Of a stretch of DNA of 64,000 bases, positions 1-11,353 are shown one piece after another; positions within the stretch are counted from its first letter, which is position 1, and each line of letters begins with the position of its first letter. The DNA lies in the NCBI RefSeq assembly GCF_001194135.2, contig NC_068983.1:71922140-71986139 (forward strand), read 5' to 3'. The position numbers and the translations under genes are program-made. A model generated the notes under the pieces. The model was not told the DNA's origin and ran no database searches. It saw only the letters and a list, made by a program, of their open reading frames with translations. Source of the DNA: Octopus bimaculoides. Lineage: Eukaryota.

Positions 1-235
1 AACAGTTTTAACAAATTAGTCAATGTTACATTCTCCTTCATAGGAACATAACTCATAAAAAACTTACCATTTTTCCAGTGATAATTTAAATCATTTACTT
101 TTATTTCCTGTCACTTATTATCATATCGATGATACATTACTATATATGTTTGTGAGAAAAATTGCATTATTACATTTTCTGGCCAAAATTTGTCCTTTAA
201 ATGAATTAAACTGAATCTGTCATATAAACCTTTTA

Positions 236-382
236 TAAACTTATTTTATTGATCCTGAAAAGACGAAAGACAAATTTGATCTTGGTGGAATTTGAACTCG
301 AAACATAAATCCGGAAGAGATACTGCTTTTGTCCTTTGCCTCCAAAATTTCAGGCCTTCTGCCTATAGTAGAAAGGATTATT
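236..382. mobile_element. Fragments of Nin/Deu-domain-like tRNA-SINE (family N)
   Basis: Minus-oriented body piece (gaaagacaaatttgatcttggtggaatttgaactc) followed by a plus-oriented tail (aaatttcaggcctt..gcctatagtagaaaggattatt). Confidence 0.65.
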
Positions 383-589
383 AAGGTGACAAGCTAGTAA
401 AATTGTTAGCATGTCGTAGGCGTAGGAGTGGTTGTGTGGTAAGTAGCTTGCTTACCAACCACATAGTTCTGGGTTCAGTCCCACTGTGTGGCACCTTGGG
501 CAAGTGTCTTCTACTATAGCCTCAGGCCGACCAAAGCCTTGTGAGTGGATTTGGTAGACGGAAACTGAAAGAAGCCTGTCGTATATATG

Positions 590-622
<33 letters not shown>

Positions 623-1010
623 GTGTGTGTGTTTATGTTTGTGTGTCTGTGTTTGTCCCTCCAACATCGCTTGACAACCGATGCTGGTGTGTTTATGTCC
701 CCGTAACTTAGCGGTTTGGCACAAGAGACTGATAGAATAAGTACAAGGATTACAAAGAATAAGTCCTGGGGTCAATTTGCTCGACTAAAGGCGGTGCTCC
801 AGCATGGCCACAGTCAAATGACTGAAACAGGTAAAAGAGTAAAAAGAATATGTCAGACAAAATACTTAAGCAGTATCTCTTCCAGCTTTATGTTTTGAGT
901 TCAAGTTCCACCGAGATCGAGTTTGTCTTTCATCCTTTCAGGATTGATGAAATAAATACCAGTTGCATACTGGGGTTGACATAATTGTAAAGCCCAATTC
1001 CATCACTAAA
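383..1010 (+). mobile_element. Family N SINE split by a family A SINE insertion
   Basis: Head at 383-415, body resumes at 850-1010 (gagttcaagttccaccgag...ctttcatcctttcaggattgatgaaataaataccag). atgtc is duplicated at 411-415 and 850-854. Confidence 0.65.
416..849 (+). mobile_element. CORE-like tRNA-derived SINE (family A) with internal (TA)n/(TG)n
   Basis: tRNA-like head, ggcaccttgggcaagtgtcttc core, internal microsatellite, tail gactgaaacaggtaaaagag. Near-identical copies at 7677-8075 and 38288-38678. Confidence 0.85.
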
Positions 1011-1609
1011 AATTCTGGAGTGTGACTCAGAAGGTAGGTATACTATTGTATTAATATAAAAGTGAGTGTAGACACAAGTGTTGTTTCTAACTGCATGGTT
1101 CTTTTGGGTAGACTTGAAGCCTAAGAGTTTTAAAGTTGGAGGAAGAGGAAGATTGGGGACTCCAATCGACTACCATAGCATTTGCAACAACTGGAGAAGT
1201 CTCTGTGTTGCTCTTGTTCTGTTAGAAAAAGCATCAAACTTTTCAATCATTATCCCATCCACATTTTTAAAATACTGTTGGACACATTAGATAATATGGT
1301 TGTAGAAACACTGGATGTGAATTTCCTCTGCCCTCACCCCTCAAATGGTTTGTCATGGTTGGAATGTTGTTTGATTGTAGGTCTGTTCAAAAGAGCTGAG
1401 CTCTTAAACAACAATAACAACAGCAATTCACATTATATATGTATTTTCTATATGTCACCAGTACAAACGTAGCTTCTGGTGATTCCAGAAAAAAATTAAC
1501 TGGAATGAATGAATTCTGCTACGTCACCATCCTATGGACATTACTCTCATGCAGAATAAAGATAAACCTCATGGGAAAATATTACCTTGCTAGGAAACAA
1601 ATGAATGTT

Positions 1610-1745
1610 AGTGATAGGAAGGGCATTCAACCATAGAAAAATCTGCCTCATTAAGCTTTGCCTGACCCATGCAAGTATGGAAAAGTAGATGTTAAAACAA
1701 TGATGATGATGATGACGACGAGGATGATGGTGATGGTGATGATGC
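1610..1745 (+). mobile_element. RTE-type 3' tail fragment with (GAT)n
   Basis: ggaagggcattcaacc...acccatgcaagtatggaaaag..gatgttaaa..(gat)n, a motif shared with many copies in the window. Confidence 0.6.
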
Positions 1746-3099
1746 AGGATTGTATTAACATGTATGTATATAGACTCAACACTTACATTCACACAGACTC
1801 ACATATGAATATCATGAATGTAAAAATTATATGGAAATCAATGAATTTATAAAACATTTAAGTCTACATTTCTATTAAATGTTGTCAATAGGTTGAGAAG
1901 AAAATGTGTATAGAATCAAAGTCAACTATTTCATCAATAATTTCAGTGATTATGTTGTTCTTGTGGTAAACTGAAATTTTGATGTAATTTTGTAATACCT
2001 AACTCTCTCTCTCTCTCTCTCTCTCTCATTGCATTATACACCCCTCCGCAATCTCTCTTTCTTTTCCTCATTTGTTCTTTTCATTGCTTCTACAATTTTT
2101 TCTTCTTTTTTTTCTTTCATCCCACTCTTTCTTGTGTTACTATTTTCTTTATTTCCTTTATTTTATACCTCCTGCTTTGCACCATTTATTCTTTCATATA
2201 AAACTTCAGTTTGTAACTAGTTCTATTTTTCAGTGTCAAATGATACGTTTGTAATTGCATTGTCTGTTAGTGGAACTGAAATGGAATTGAAAAACATTCA
2301 GTTTTGTCAAAAACAAAAAACAAAAAACAAAAAATAAAAATACATAGATTAAATAATAAAGAAATATAAAAATAAGCTGAAACTTTTTTGTATTGTTTTC
2401 TTTAGTTAAATCCGTTGCAAATTGGTGAATTAAGTAACACTTTCTACTACTAACCTTTAATAAGCTCCAATCTTAGAAGTTAAGAACATACAGTCACTTT
2501 CAAAATTACTATGTGCAGTCAAACGAAAAGGCTGATTTTTATTCTTCAGTATTGTAAGCAGTATGAGTCAATAGCAGATACTGAATCTATCAAGATAAGA
2601 AAAAAAAAGGAAGAAACAAACAAACAAACAAACAAGCAAGCAAACAAAGAGAGGAAAAAGAAAGTCGGAAGGAAGAAAGAAAAACGTCTAGAAATGTATT
2701 TAACACAATTATTCAAATGAACAACTAGATTCTTCTTTAATATACTTTTGGTAACTTGTAACCTAACACATACACACATACTGTTTCTTTCTGCTTCATA
2801 ATAGAGAAATTGTTGAAGATGCAATAGTCGAATAGATAAGATGCCAGCTTCCAAAGATAATGTGTCAAGAGTGTGTGTGTTTACATTGGGGCCACATAGT
2901 GTGACTGAGAATAGTATTTAGTTCAAGCTATTCAGGTGAGCCTCATAGCAGTGGGGTAACTGCACTACACATTTTCATTTCATTACTGAAAGAATTGATG
3001 CATAGAAACTAAAGGATAATTAATTGATTTTAAAGACCAACAATGGGTGGTAAGCAATGGAATTCTTACATTCTTTTCATTTCCTGTAATTCAGACCAA

Positions 3100-3320
3100 T
3101 TCATGGTCCCAGTAGACAAAATGGAAAAGATGTTGCTTGAGAAGATGGCAAGGGAGAAGTACTGGAACAGCCATGCTGACTTATAGGGCTTGCACTTGTG
3201 GATAGCCATGATAGTAGGTGCATGGATAACTGAATGGATTGGCTCCCTGAACAACCAGCTAAAAGGAGGTTTGCAGGTCATGTTCTGTCAAGGCATTTAA
3301 TTCCCAATGGACTAGTCCAC
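3100..3320 (+). mobile_element. Old RTE-like LINE 3' fragment
   Basis: Frame-broken peptides KRCCLRRW and RRFAGHVL resemble the RTE post-RT region. Confidence 0.3.
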
Positions 3321-3399
3321 CTAGCTATACAGAATAACTGCAGGGTAGAATCAACTTACTGCTCTAAGTGGAGGCAGCATAATAAAATTGACAAGTGAT

Positions 3400-4075
3400 T
3401 GTTGTTTAGCACCAGTTCAGTCCTGAATGAAGTGGAGGTGCAATGGCCCAGTGGTTAGGGCACTGGACTCACGGTCATAGGATCGTGGTTTCGATTCTCA
3501 GACCAGGCGTTGTGAGTGTTTATTGAGCAAAAACACCTAAAGCTCCATGAGGCTCCAGCAGGGGATGGTGGCGAACCCTGCTGTACTCTTTCACCACAAC
3601 TTTCTCTCACTCTTACTTCCTGTTTCTGTTGTGCTTGTAATTCAAAAGGTCAGCCTTGTCACACTGTCATGCTGAATATCCCCTAGAACTACGTTAAGGG
3701 TATGCGTGTCTGTGGAGTGCTCAGCCACTTGCACGTTAATTTCACGAGCAGGCTGTTCCGTTGATCGGATCAACTGGAACCCTTGACCTAAGCGATGGAG
3801 TGCCAACAACAAGTCCTGAATGAAGAAACTTATGATAAAAAACATTCCAGATATGGCCATACCATCTTTTTTCCTACACTACATTGTCCAATAGGCTCTT
3901 TTTTTAATGATAAGATGATCAATAATATTTAAATTCTCCTTTTCACTGCACTGTCCAATGTATCATTCCTTCATTTTAAGATAGTAGGGTGTGATCTGAG
4001 AGAAAAAAGGCTGCTATTTCTGGCAGGTTGATAAACTACATAAAGGTTTTCTTGTTAACTTGACCAGTGGTTTGT
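3400..4075 (+). repeat. Unclassified interspersed repeat (family D), interrupted by the family C SINE
   Basis: ttgtttagc.ccag.tcag...tatgat.aaa..cattcca...gtgtgat.tgag.gaga..ggctgctatttct. Other copies near 4250-4440, 10370-10480(-), 25040-25115, 27815-27960, 33115-33300, 39500-39600(-), 51765-51960, 59420-59650. Confidence 0.6.
3432..3811 (+). mobile_element. tRNA-derived SINE (family C), full length, with target-site duplication
   Basis: A-box tggcccagtgg, B-box-like gtttcgattc, (CAA)n tail. 13-bp TSD agtcctgaatgaa at 3419-3431 and 3812-3824. Sister copy at 45557-45947. Confidence 0.9.
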
Positions 4076-5518
4076 TAACATATAATGCTAAGTCGACCTT
4101 CTGATTGAAGGAAGACTCTCTTTGCCAAAGATACATTACACAAAGTTGGTGTCTGCAATGGCATACCTTTAACCTAATGAGTTAAGAGATTCCTCACCTA
4201 ATCACCAATCACAGATATAGTAAAGCTGAATCTGTTTGATAGCATAATTTAAATGCTGTTGTTGTCGAACACTGATTCAGTAGATCTATGATCAAAAGCA
4301 TTCCAACTATGACCTTCCTATCTTTTATTGAGATATATCTAAGACAACATTAACTAATATATCTTTCCATAGTATATGATTTAAAAAAAATTTGGTTATT
4401 GTATCTAGTAGATTGAACAACTGTGTAGAGCCTCTCTCATTGGTTCATATAATCTAAGTGCATTATTTATCTTCCACTTAAAGTAGATGTTGTGTTCAAA
4501 CACATTTATTTTAAAATTCATTATTGTTCTGGGAGTTTGAATCTTAGAGACATTTGCTTTTTTAAGGTTAATTCAGAGGAAGAAGAATATTATCCATAAA
4601 CTTTGACTTTTGCAGTAACCTCTGAGAGTGGAAGGAGTAAATTATTCTTAGACTGAAAACATGGCCCAAATGGTTTGTTGTCACCAGTATGTGTGGAGGT
4701 GGTGGTGGTGGTGGTGGTGGTGGTGGTGGGGGTACTCTATTTTTAGTTTATTTGGCTTAGCTTCCGTTGTAGGGATAAACTCTGCAGAACTAACTTTGTA
4801 ATGCAAGTTCAGTTCCTAGTTGTAGCAATTTCACTTAGTTTGTTTATGCTTTTGGGAAAGATATGAATGTCACAAATTTTGTTTCTCAATTCCTTTAGCA
4901 CCAGCAGAGTTGATGTCCCATTGATGGATATCAATGAAGCAAAATATCAAGCAACTGGCTGTATTTATTACCATGGAGTAATTATATATGTATATATCAT
5001 TGCTGCTGCTGCTTCTTCTTCTTCTTCTTTTAAGATGCTGCCTTTAGTTGGACTGACAGGATTCAGTGGGTCAGAGGACTTCTTCATGCTCCAGTGTCTG
5101 CTTTGGCATGGTTTCTCTGGCTGGATTTCCTTCCTAACACTAACTATTTTTCAGAGTAGCTCACAAGACTAAGAATCCCCTTGGCTCGGTGGGGTTATAT
5201 TTAAGAGAACTTTTCAAGTTTCTTCCCTTTTCTTTCTTTGTATAATTACTTTAACATTCTTCAAAAGATTCACCTAAAGATGCTCATAAATTATTGGACT
5301 TTTCAAAGCAATTAAATACAGTTAATAGATTCTAATGAACACAGAGGATATGACCTAATTAGAATAGATAACACTCAATGAGCTGACCAATTGTGATGCT
5401 GAGATTGTGAAAAATTTTTCAGATTCTGCTTCCTGTTGAAATGAAGAAAGAAAAAATAAAACAAAGTAAGAATATTCTGTACAATGGAGACTAATGAGAA
5501 ATGTAACAATTTTCTTCA

Positions 5519-5738
5519 ACCTATTGGCATTAAAATCAGCCATTTCTGACCAAAATATTCTACCTATTTTATGTTCAAACTGGCCAAATCTGGCCTCTCC
5601 CACCTAACCAACAATGTCATTCTAAAAGTAATGAATAACATCTTTGAAATGTCAAAAGTATGATGTAAGGCATGATAAATTCAAATCAATGTGAATAAAT
5701 ATGCATTATAGTTGACAGAGTAAGCCAAGAGCAGAATG
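5519..5738 (+). mobile_element. Degenerate piggyBac-type MITE (family P1)
   Basis: Reverse-complement homolog of 36154-36373, with decayed TTAACCCTTTAGCATT-like ends. Confidence 0.55.
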
Positions 5739-5744
5739 TTAAAT

Positions 5745-5885
5745 AATATTTGTTCAGAAGTTTGCTTCCCAACCACATGGTTCTGGGTTTGGTTCCATTG
5801 TGTGGCACATTGGACAAGTATCTTCTACTGTAACCAGGGGCCAACCAAAGCCTTGTGGGTGGATTTGGCAGACAGAAACTACCAT
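5745..5885 (+). mobile_element. Family A SINE, 5' part
   Basis: aaccacatggttctgggtt...gcacattggacaagtatcttc...ccaaagccttgtgggtggatttgg. Confidence 0.7.
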
Positions 5886-6149
5886 TCATACACTATGAGT
5901 CAGTCCTGCCCACAAGAGCCAAAGCCGCATATATGCAAAATGAAATCATACACGAGTGACACATGTCATGACACAGCTGACAAAGCTTACATCATCAAAT
6001 GCTTCCTCAGGAACATAATTCACAGTAGCTATTCTCCATTTTTAGCTAAACGATTGTGCTTAAACATTAACATGAGTAAACTATGTAAGAAGGCCCATAA
6101 TCCAAAGTCAGAAATATGCTTCTTTAAACTGCCCTAATTTGATGACAGA

Positions 6150-6700
6150 ACCACTGCAACTATACAACAATCTGCAGGGAGGGACTCCCCGAGGAAATTT
6201 CTGTTAAGGTATAACACCACAGGTAGCATCATGGGGTGCATACTATCCAATTGCCCCATCAATGACTTCAAAATGTGTTCAAGGGCCTATCTGGTATTTG
6301 AGGTAGTCTACAATAAATATGGGGCATTCTATATTGGGTGTACAACCAGGAAATTGCACCTGTTTGAATAAAAGAATGTATGTCTACAGACTCTTCAATC
6401 AAAAAACACCAAAAAAAGTGCCAGATCCAGAATTTCAAGATATCTATCAGGACTACTCAGTGCAACAGGGCTAATCTCAGAACCATGGAAGCCCTCCTTA
6501 TCAGCAAACTGAGACCAGCCATAAACAACAGGAAAGAACTTCATGAAGCAGACAGGTTACTATAGCAACACCATATCACCTTCCTCCCTCCTCCTTCTTT
6601 CTCCTTCCTTCATAGACATCTGATCAATGACCTTTTTCATCTCTCATTTTCCCAAATATCCTGAAGAAGGAGTCATAGCTCCGAAGTATAGATATATGAG
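6150..6700 (+). mobile_element. Penelope-like element 3' remnant (GIY-YIG endonuclease plus terminal region)
   Basis: Translation CILSNCPINDFKMCSRAYLVFEVVYNKYGAFYIGCTTRKLH*, then after a frameshift SSIKKH..C...NLRTMEALLISKLRPAINNRKEL. This has the YIG motif and the EAL.I...P.IN signature. Confidence 0.85.
6656..6695 (+). ncRNA. Minimal type I hammerhead ribozyme motif (PLE-associated)
   Basis: AUAUC-CUGAAGA-A-GGAG(ucauag)CUCC-GAAG-UAUA-GAUAU. Stems I and II pair perfectly; A15.1 reads G. Confidence 0.75.
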
Positions 6701-6849
6701 GTAAAACTACAATTTTGTTTTGCTTTCTTTTCTTTTTGTAGTTTACTTTGTATCTTCTTGCATTGTTCTGTCCTTACACAACAAGTCTCTTTAAAGTGAC
6801 ATCATACAATGCTTCATCAAACTATTCCATTTTAATATGCATGTGTGAG

Positions 6850-7085
6850 TGTGTGTCTTTGTGCTTGTGCTTGTCTCCCAACATAACTTAATGACTGATA
6901 TTGGTTTGTTTACATTCCTGTAACTTAGCAGTGTGGTAAAAGTGACAAGTAGAAAAGTACCAAATTAAAAAAAAAAAAAGTGCTGGGCTCAATTAGTTTG
7001 ACTAAAAACCCCTCAAGGTTGTGCCCCAGCATGGTCACAGCCCACTGACTGAAACAAGTAAAAAAATAAAATAAAAGAATAAAAT
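6850..7085 (+). mobile_element. Family A SINE, 3' half
   Basis: gtaacttagcagtgtgg...ccccagcatggtcacag...gactgaaacaagtaaaa. Confidence 0.65.
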
Positions 7086-7199
7086 AAAAAGATTCTGAGA
7101 ATTACTTAGAAAATAGATTTCATATGACTTAATGACTAACAGTTAGCAGATTTTTTTTTGTCTACTTCTAAGACACCTGTTTTATAAGTTCAGGGATTA

Positions 7200-7525
7200 A
7201 AGACATTCGAGCAAAAGACATTCCAGCGAGATCATTGCCAGTGCTGCTGGACTGGCTCCTGTGCAGGTGGCAAGTAAAATACACCATTTTGAGCGTGGCC
7301 GTTGCCAGTACCACCTGACTGGCCTTTGTGCCGGTGGCACGTAAAAGCACCCACTACACTCTCTGAGTGGTTGGTGTTAGGAAGGGCATCCAGCTGTAGA
7401 AACTCTGCCAAATCAGATTGGAGCCTGGTGTAGCCATCTGGCTCACCAGTCCTTAGTCAAATCGTCCAACCCATGCTAGCATAGAAAGCAGACGTTAAAC
7501 GATGATGATGATGATGATGATGACA
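7200..7525 (+). mobile_element. Non-autonomous RTE-tail element with (GAT)n tail
   Basis: gtaaaagcacccactacactctctgagtggttggtgttaggaagggcatccagctgtagaaac...ccaacccatgctagcat.gaaagc.gacgttaaac(gat)n; highly similar to 48920-49195. Confidence 0.8.
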
Positions 7526-7676
7526 ATACTGGGGTGAGAGAACCTTTATTTCTTTTGTGTCACTCCATAGTTGCTGTCACTTGGTAAAGTAGGGTGTGGG
7601 GGTGATACTATAAAACAAACCTATTGTATTTAATCCTATCCATCTCTATGTTTGTGAGTTTACATCTTACCTTACT

Positions 7677-8075
7677 CTTTTACTTGTTTCAGTCATTTGA
7701 CTGCGGCCATGCTGGAGCACCACCTTTAGTCGAGCAAATCGACCCCAGGACTTATTCTTTGGGAGCCTAGTACTTATTCTATCGGTCTCTTTTGCCGAAC
7801 TGCTAAGTTATGAGGATGTAAATACACCAGCATCAGGTGTCAAGTGATGTTGGGGGACAAACACAGACACACAAACATACACATACATACATATATATAT
7901 ATACATATACATATATACGATGGGCTTCTTTCAGTTTCCGTCTACCAAATCCACTCACAAGGCTTTGGTCGGCCCAAGGCTATAGTAGAAGACACTTGCC
8001 CAAGGTGCCACGGAGTGGGACTGAACCCAGAATCGTGTGGTTGGTAAGCAAGCTACTTACCACACAGCCACTCCC
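7677..8075 (-). mobile_element. Family A SINE, full length
   Basis: Reverse complement of 416-849 over its whole length. Confidence 0.9.
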
Positions 8076-10681
8076 GCACCTTAACATTGCTTATCAATTC
8101 TCCAGGGATGTAAAAATAAGTGTTTTCACTGTATTTGATTTAATCAATAATGTTTTACCTTCCCACCTCACCGCTGCAGAATTAGCCTCATGTTTTGTCC
8201 AAGGAAATCAATATGATAATTGTTAGAGTGTTTTGTTTTTAATGACTGGATTATTTTTTAATATTTGTTGTTTAACCATTAGAACAATTTTAATGAAAGA
8301 TTTTTACATTATGAAAAAATGACATATTCTATTCCATATGCTTTCTCATTTTTATCAATATGTTTATCTTCATTTTTGATGTAGCTTAATATTTCCAAGA
8401 ATACTGATGTAAAATCTTGGGAAAGTAAATCAAAACATATTTATATGATGAACATCATAGTTAATGTGACATATGAGATTTGATGTAATACAGCTCAGTT
8501 TCTTTCCAACCAGTATGAACAGAAAACGCAGAAAACATTCATAGTTTTTATCCTTGTCCATGTTATAAAGCTGTATCAAAATACTTTTAAAAAACAAGCA
8601 AAAACAAAGAAACAAATAAACAAACAAAAATACCATTATTTGATGCTTTTTCTCAAGAGTTGGCTATCTCATATAAAAGTTCATATATTTGGTCTGAAAA
8701 GCAAAATGAACTGGATAAAATGGTAATGTACCACTCATAGACTGTGAGTTCAAATCCACTGCAGGCATTTTTCTGTGTTTCTAAGCAAGTCATTTTATTC
8801 TACATTGCTTCAGTTCATCTAGCTGTCAAAAATATGCACAAGATTTCCTGGGAAAATATCCATCTTGTAGAAAGATATTGCTGAGAATGAAAGGTCAAAG
8901 AAATTGTCTGTTTGTCATGCCAACATGAGAAATATCATTGTCCTCATCTGACATCACTGCTGCTGCTACTACCAACAACATCATTGACATCATCATCTAC
9001 AACTTGCATTTACAATAGATATAACAACAGATGTACTTTATTTTCTGTTCTATCAATAGTGTCCTAAGTTCGTTAACAGGTCTTGACCATGATTTTGGAA
9101 GGATTCTTAGCAGAGGGCTCATTTATTTGTTTAATGTCTGTGAATGGAAAAACAGATAGTTATTTTGTTATGTATATGTTGAGGTTCAAAGCAAAGCAAG
9201 AAGGAAATGTGAATGTTTTTTAGCAGGAGTACCACAGAGTCATTTGGGTAAAATTGTGTTTGGCCAGACGATTTTCATAAGTCAATAGAATTGACTTATT
9301 TGTTGAAGGAAATTATAGGCTTCACTTGTGTGAGGAATGTTAAAAGACTAAAGTTACCAACTTAGCTGATTCATTTGCTGCCAGTGGCTGCCATTAGAGA
9401 AAAAGAAAAGCTTCAATCAGTTAACTGACTAAAATATCAGAGGATTCAGAAGGTAAGAGGCATTGTGTTGCAGGAGAATGTAGAGTATATTGCTTCTGTA
9501 GTACAATGGATGCAGTGGCTGTATTGCATGGGTTAAAGACTAAGAAACAAATCAAGCATATTTGGTCTTCTGATATATCTGCCAATTATATAGGTGGGTA
9601 CAGAGACTAGCTGGTACATATAGCTTAAAATAGGAAATTGTCTGGCTTCTGCACCAGTAGTTTTGGCATGTTAAATACAATGTCCCCTCTAATTTTTGGC
9701 TGTGAGATGCCCAGAAATTTTCTATGTGCAAACTTTGTCTTCCTTTGCAAAGTATGTGTACATCCATGTGAGTAACCAATGCTCAAATTTCTCCAGTTAA
9801 AAGAATAATTTGATTTCATCTTGAAACCTGTGTGTGCACATTTTTATCCTTTAAGCAATAGTTGTAAAATGTGCACTACACACAAGCACACAACTTAGAA
9901 GGAATACTGGTTATATACATTGAATTATGATGATTTCAGTGAGATATGAGGTGAAATAGATGTCTTCAATGCAGAGAGTGAGACAACCAAATAGCTGACA
10001 GTGATATATAAGCTGTAGATGAACTTAGAGCAATAGATTAGTGAAACTTTGAACTAAAGTAACTAGAATACATTGTTACTTATGGCCATGTGAGAGGTGA
10101 GTGGTGAAAATAGTGGATTCTATGTATGTTGGAGGTAGAGAAGGAGAGATGTGTCACATATTTTCAACAGTTAAAAACAATTTTTTTTCTCTCAAACTGT
10201 TAGTTCCAGGACGTCAGATCATAGTTCTCCATATGGCATATGAACTTTTCCAAACTCATGAATATCATTAATTTCATACAGCTTAGGACTGGTTGTTACA
10301 AATATCTAATAATATAGCAATATACCTCATAAATGAACCAACAAGGAAGTCTCTATGTAGTTATAAAAACCTGTCAGAAATAGAAACCAAATTTACCTTA
10401 AACTGCATTTACCTGTTTTAAAAATAAACTAAAAGATACATTGGATAATGAAGTCCAAGATACACTGGCTGTTTGAGAATACTTTTGTTTATCAAAATAC
10501 TTTTAGAGTGCTTTTGATTAGCAGTCTGTTTCATAAAGGTTGATCTGAGGTTAAACAACTCACAAATTCTGACTTATGACTCTCTAAAAATATTCAATGT
10601 TATTTCAAAAATTTATGCTTTACATTCCATTATTATTTAGTCTGAGCAGGACAGACAGAGCTAAAATCATAGGACCCGAAT

Positions 10682-10917
10682 AAATGCCAGCAGTGATTCC
10701 TGATGGACCGGGGGCTTTTCTTGACTTCACATCCTTAATTGCTTTATCTACCAGGGTGCTATCGATTTGGGTAACTGGTCCCTCTACTGGGTCAACAATT
10801 GGCAGGCTCTCCTCCTCCCATTCATTCTCTATGTTCAGCAGCCTTTCATAATGGCTTCTCCAAGCCTCATTCTTTGCAGAATCCTTAAAAGCAAGTGCAC
10901 CATCATCTATTCGAATG
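10682..10917 (-). mobile_element. RTE LINE ORF fragment (region just upstream of the RT)
   Basis: DDGALAFKDSAKNEAWRSHYERLLNIENEWEEESLP...KAIKDVKSRKAPGPSGITA; homologous to about 63300-63520. Confidence 0.9.
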
Positions 10918-11270
10918 AAGGTGCATGGCTCAGTGGTTAGAGCATGAAGCTTACGATCATGAAGTTGTGAGTTCGATTCCCGGACCATGCTGCTTGTTGT
11001 GTTCTTGAGCAAGACACTTTATTCCATGTTGCTCCAGTTCACTCAGTTATAGAAATGAGTTGCAATGTTACTGGTGCCAAGCTGTATCGGCCTTTGCTTT
11101 TCCCTTGGATAACATCAGTGGCATGAAGAGGAGAAGTTGGTATGCATGGGCGACTGCTAGTCTTCCATAAAAACAACCCTAGGTTGTGTGTTCACCGGTG
11201 AGGCGACTTTCCACCCAGACTTGTACCCCGGAGGGGAACCTCTTAGGTGCACCCATGGTCATTCATGACT
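10918..11270 (+). mobile_element. tRNA-derived SINE (family B) with intact A and B boxes
   Basis: TGGCTCAGTGG at 10926-10936 and GTTCGATTCC at 10971-10980. Homologs at 34960-35205, 36432-36782, 46490-46622(-). Confidence 0.85.
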
Positions 11271-11297
11271 AACAGTCGAATTAGAGTTATATTAAAG

Positions 11298-11299
<2 letters not shown>

Positions 11300-11352
<53 letters not shown>
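11300..11352. repeat. (TA)n microsatellite
   Basis: Pure TA run abutting the Helitron end. Confidence 0.95.

Positions 11353-11353
<1 letters not shown>

Noticed and set aside
10918-10990. tRNA gene-like A/B boxes
   Set aside because: They belong to a SINE head; no complete cloverleaf, so no tRNA gene was called.
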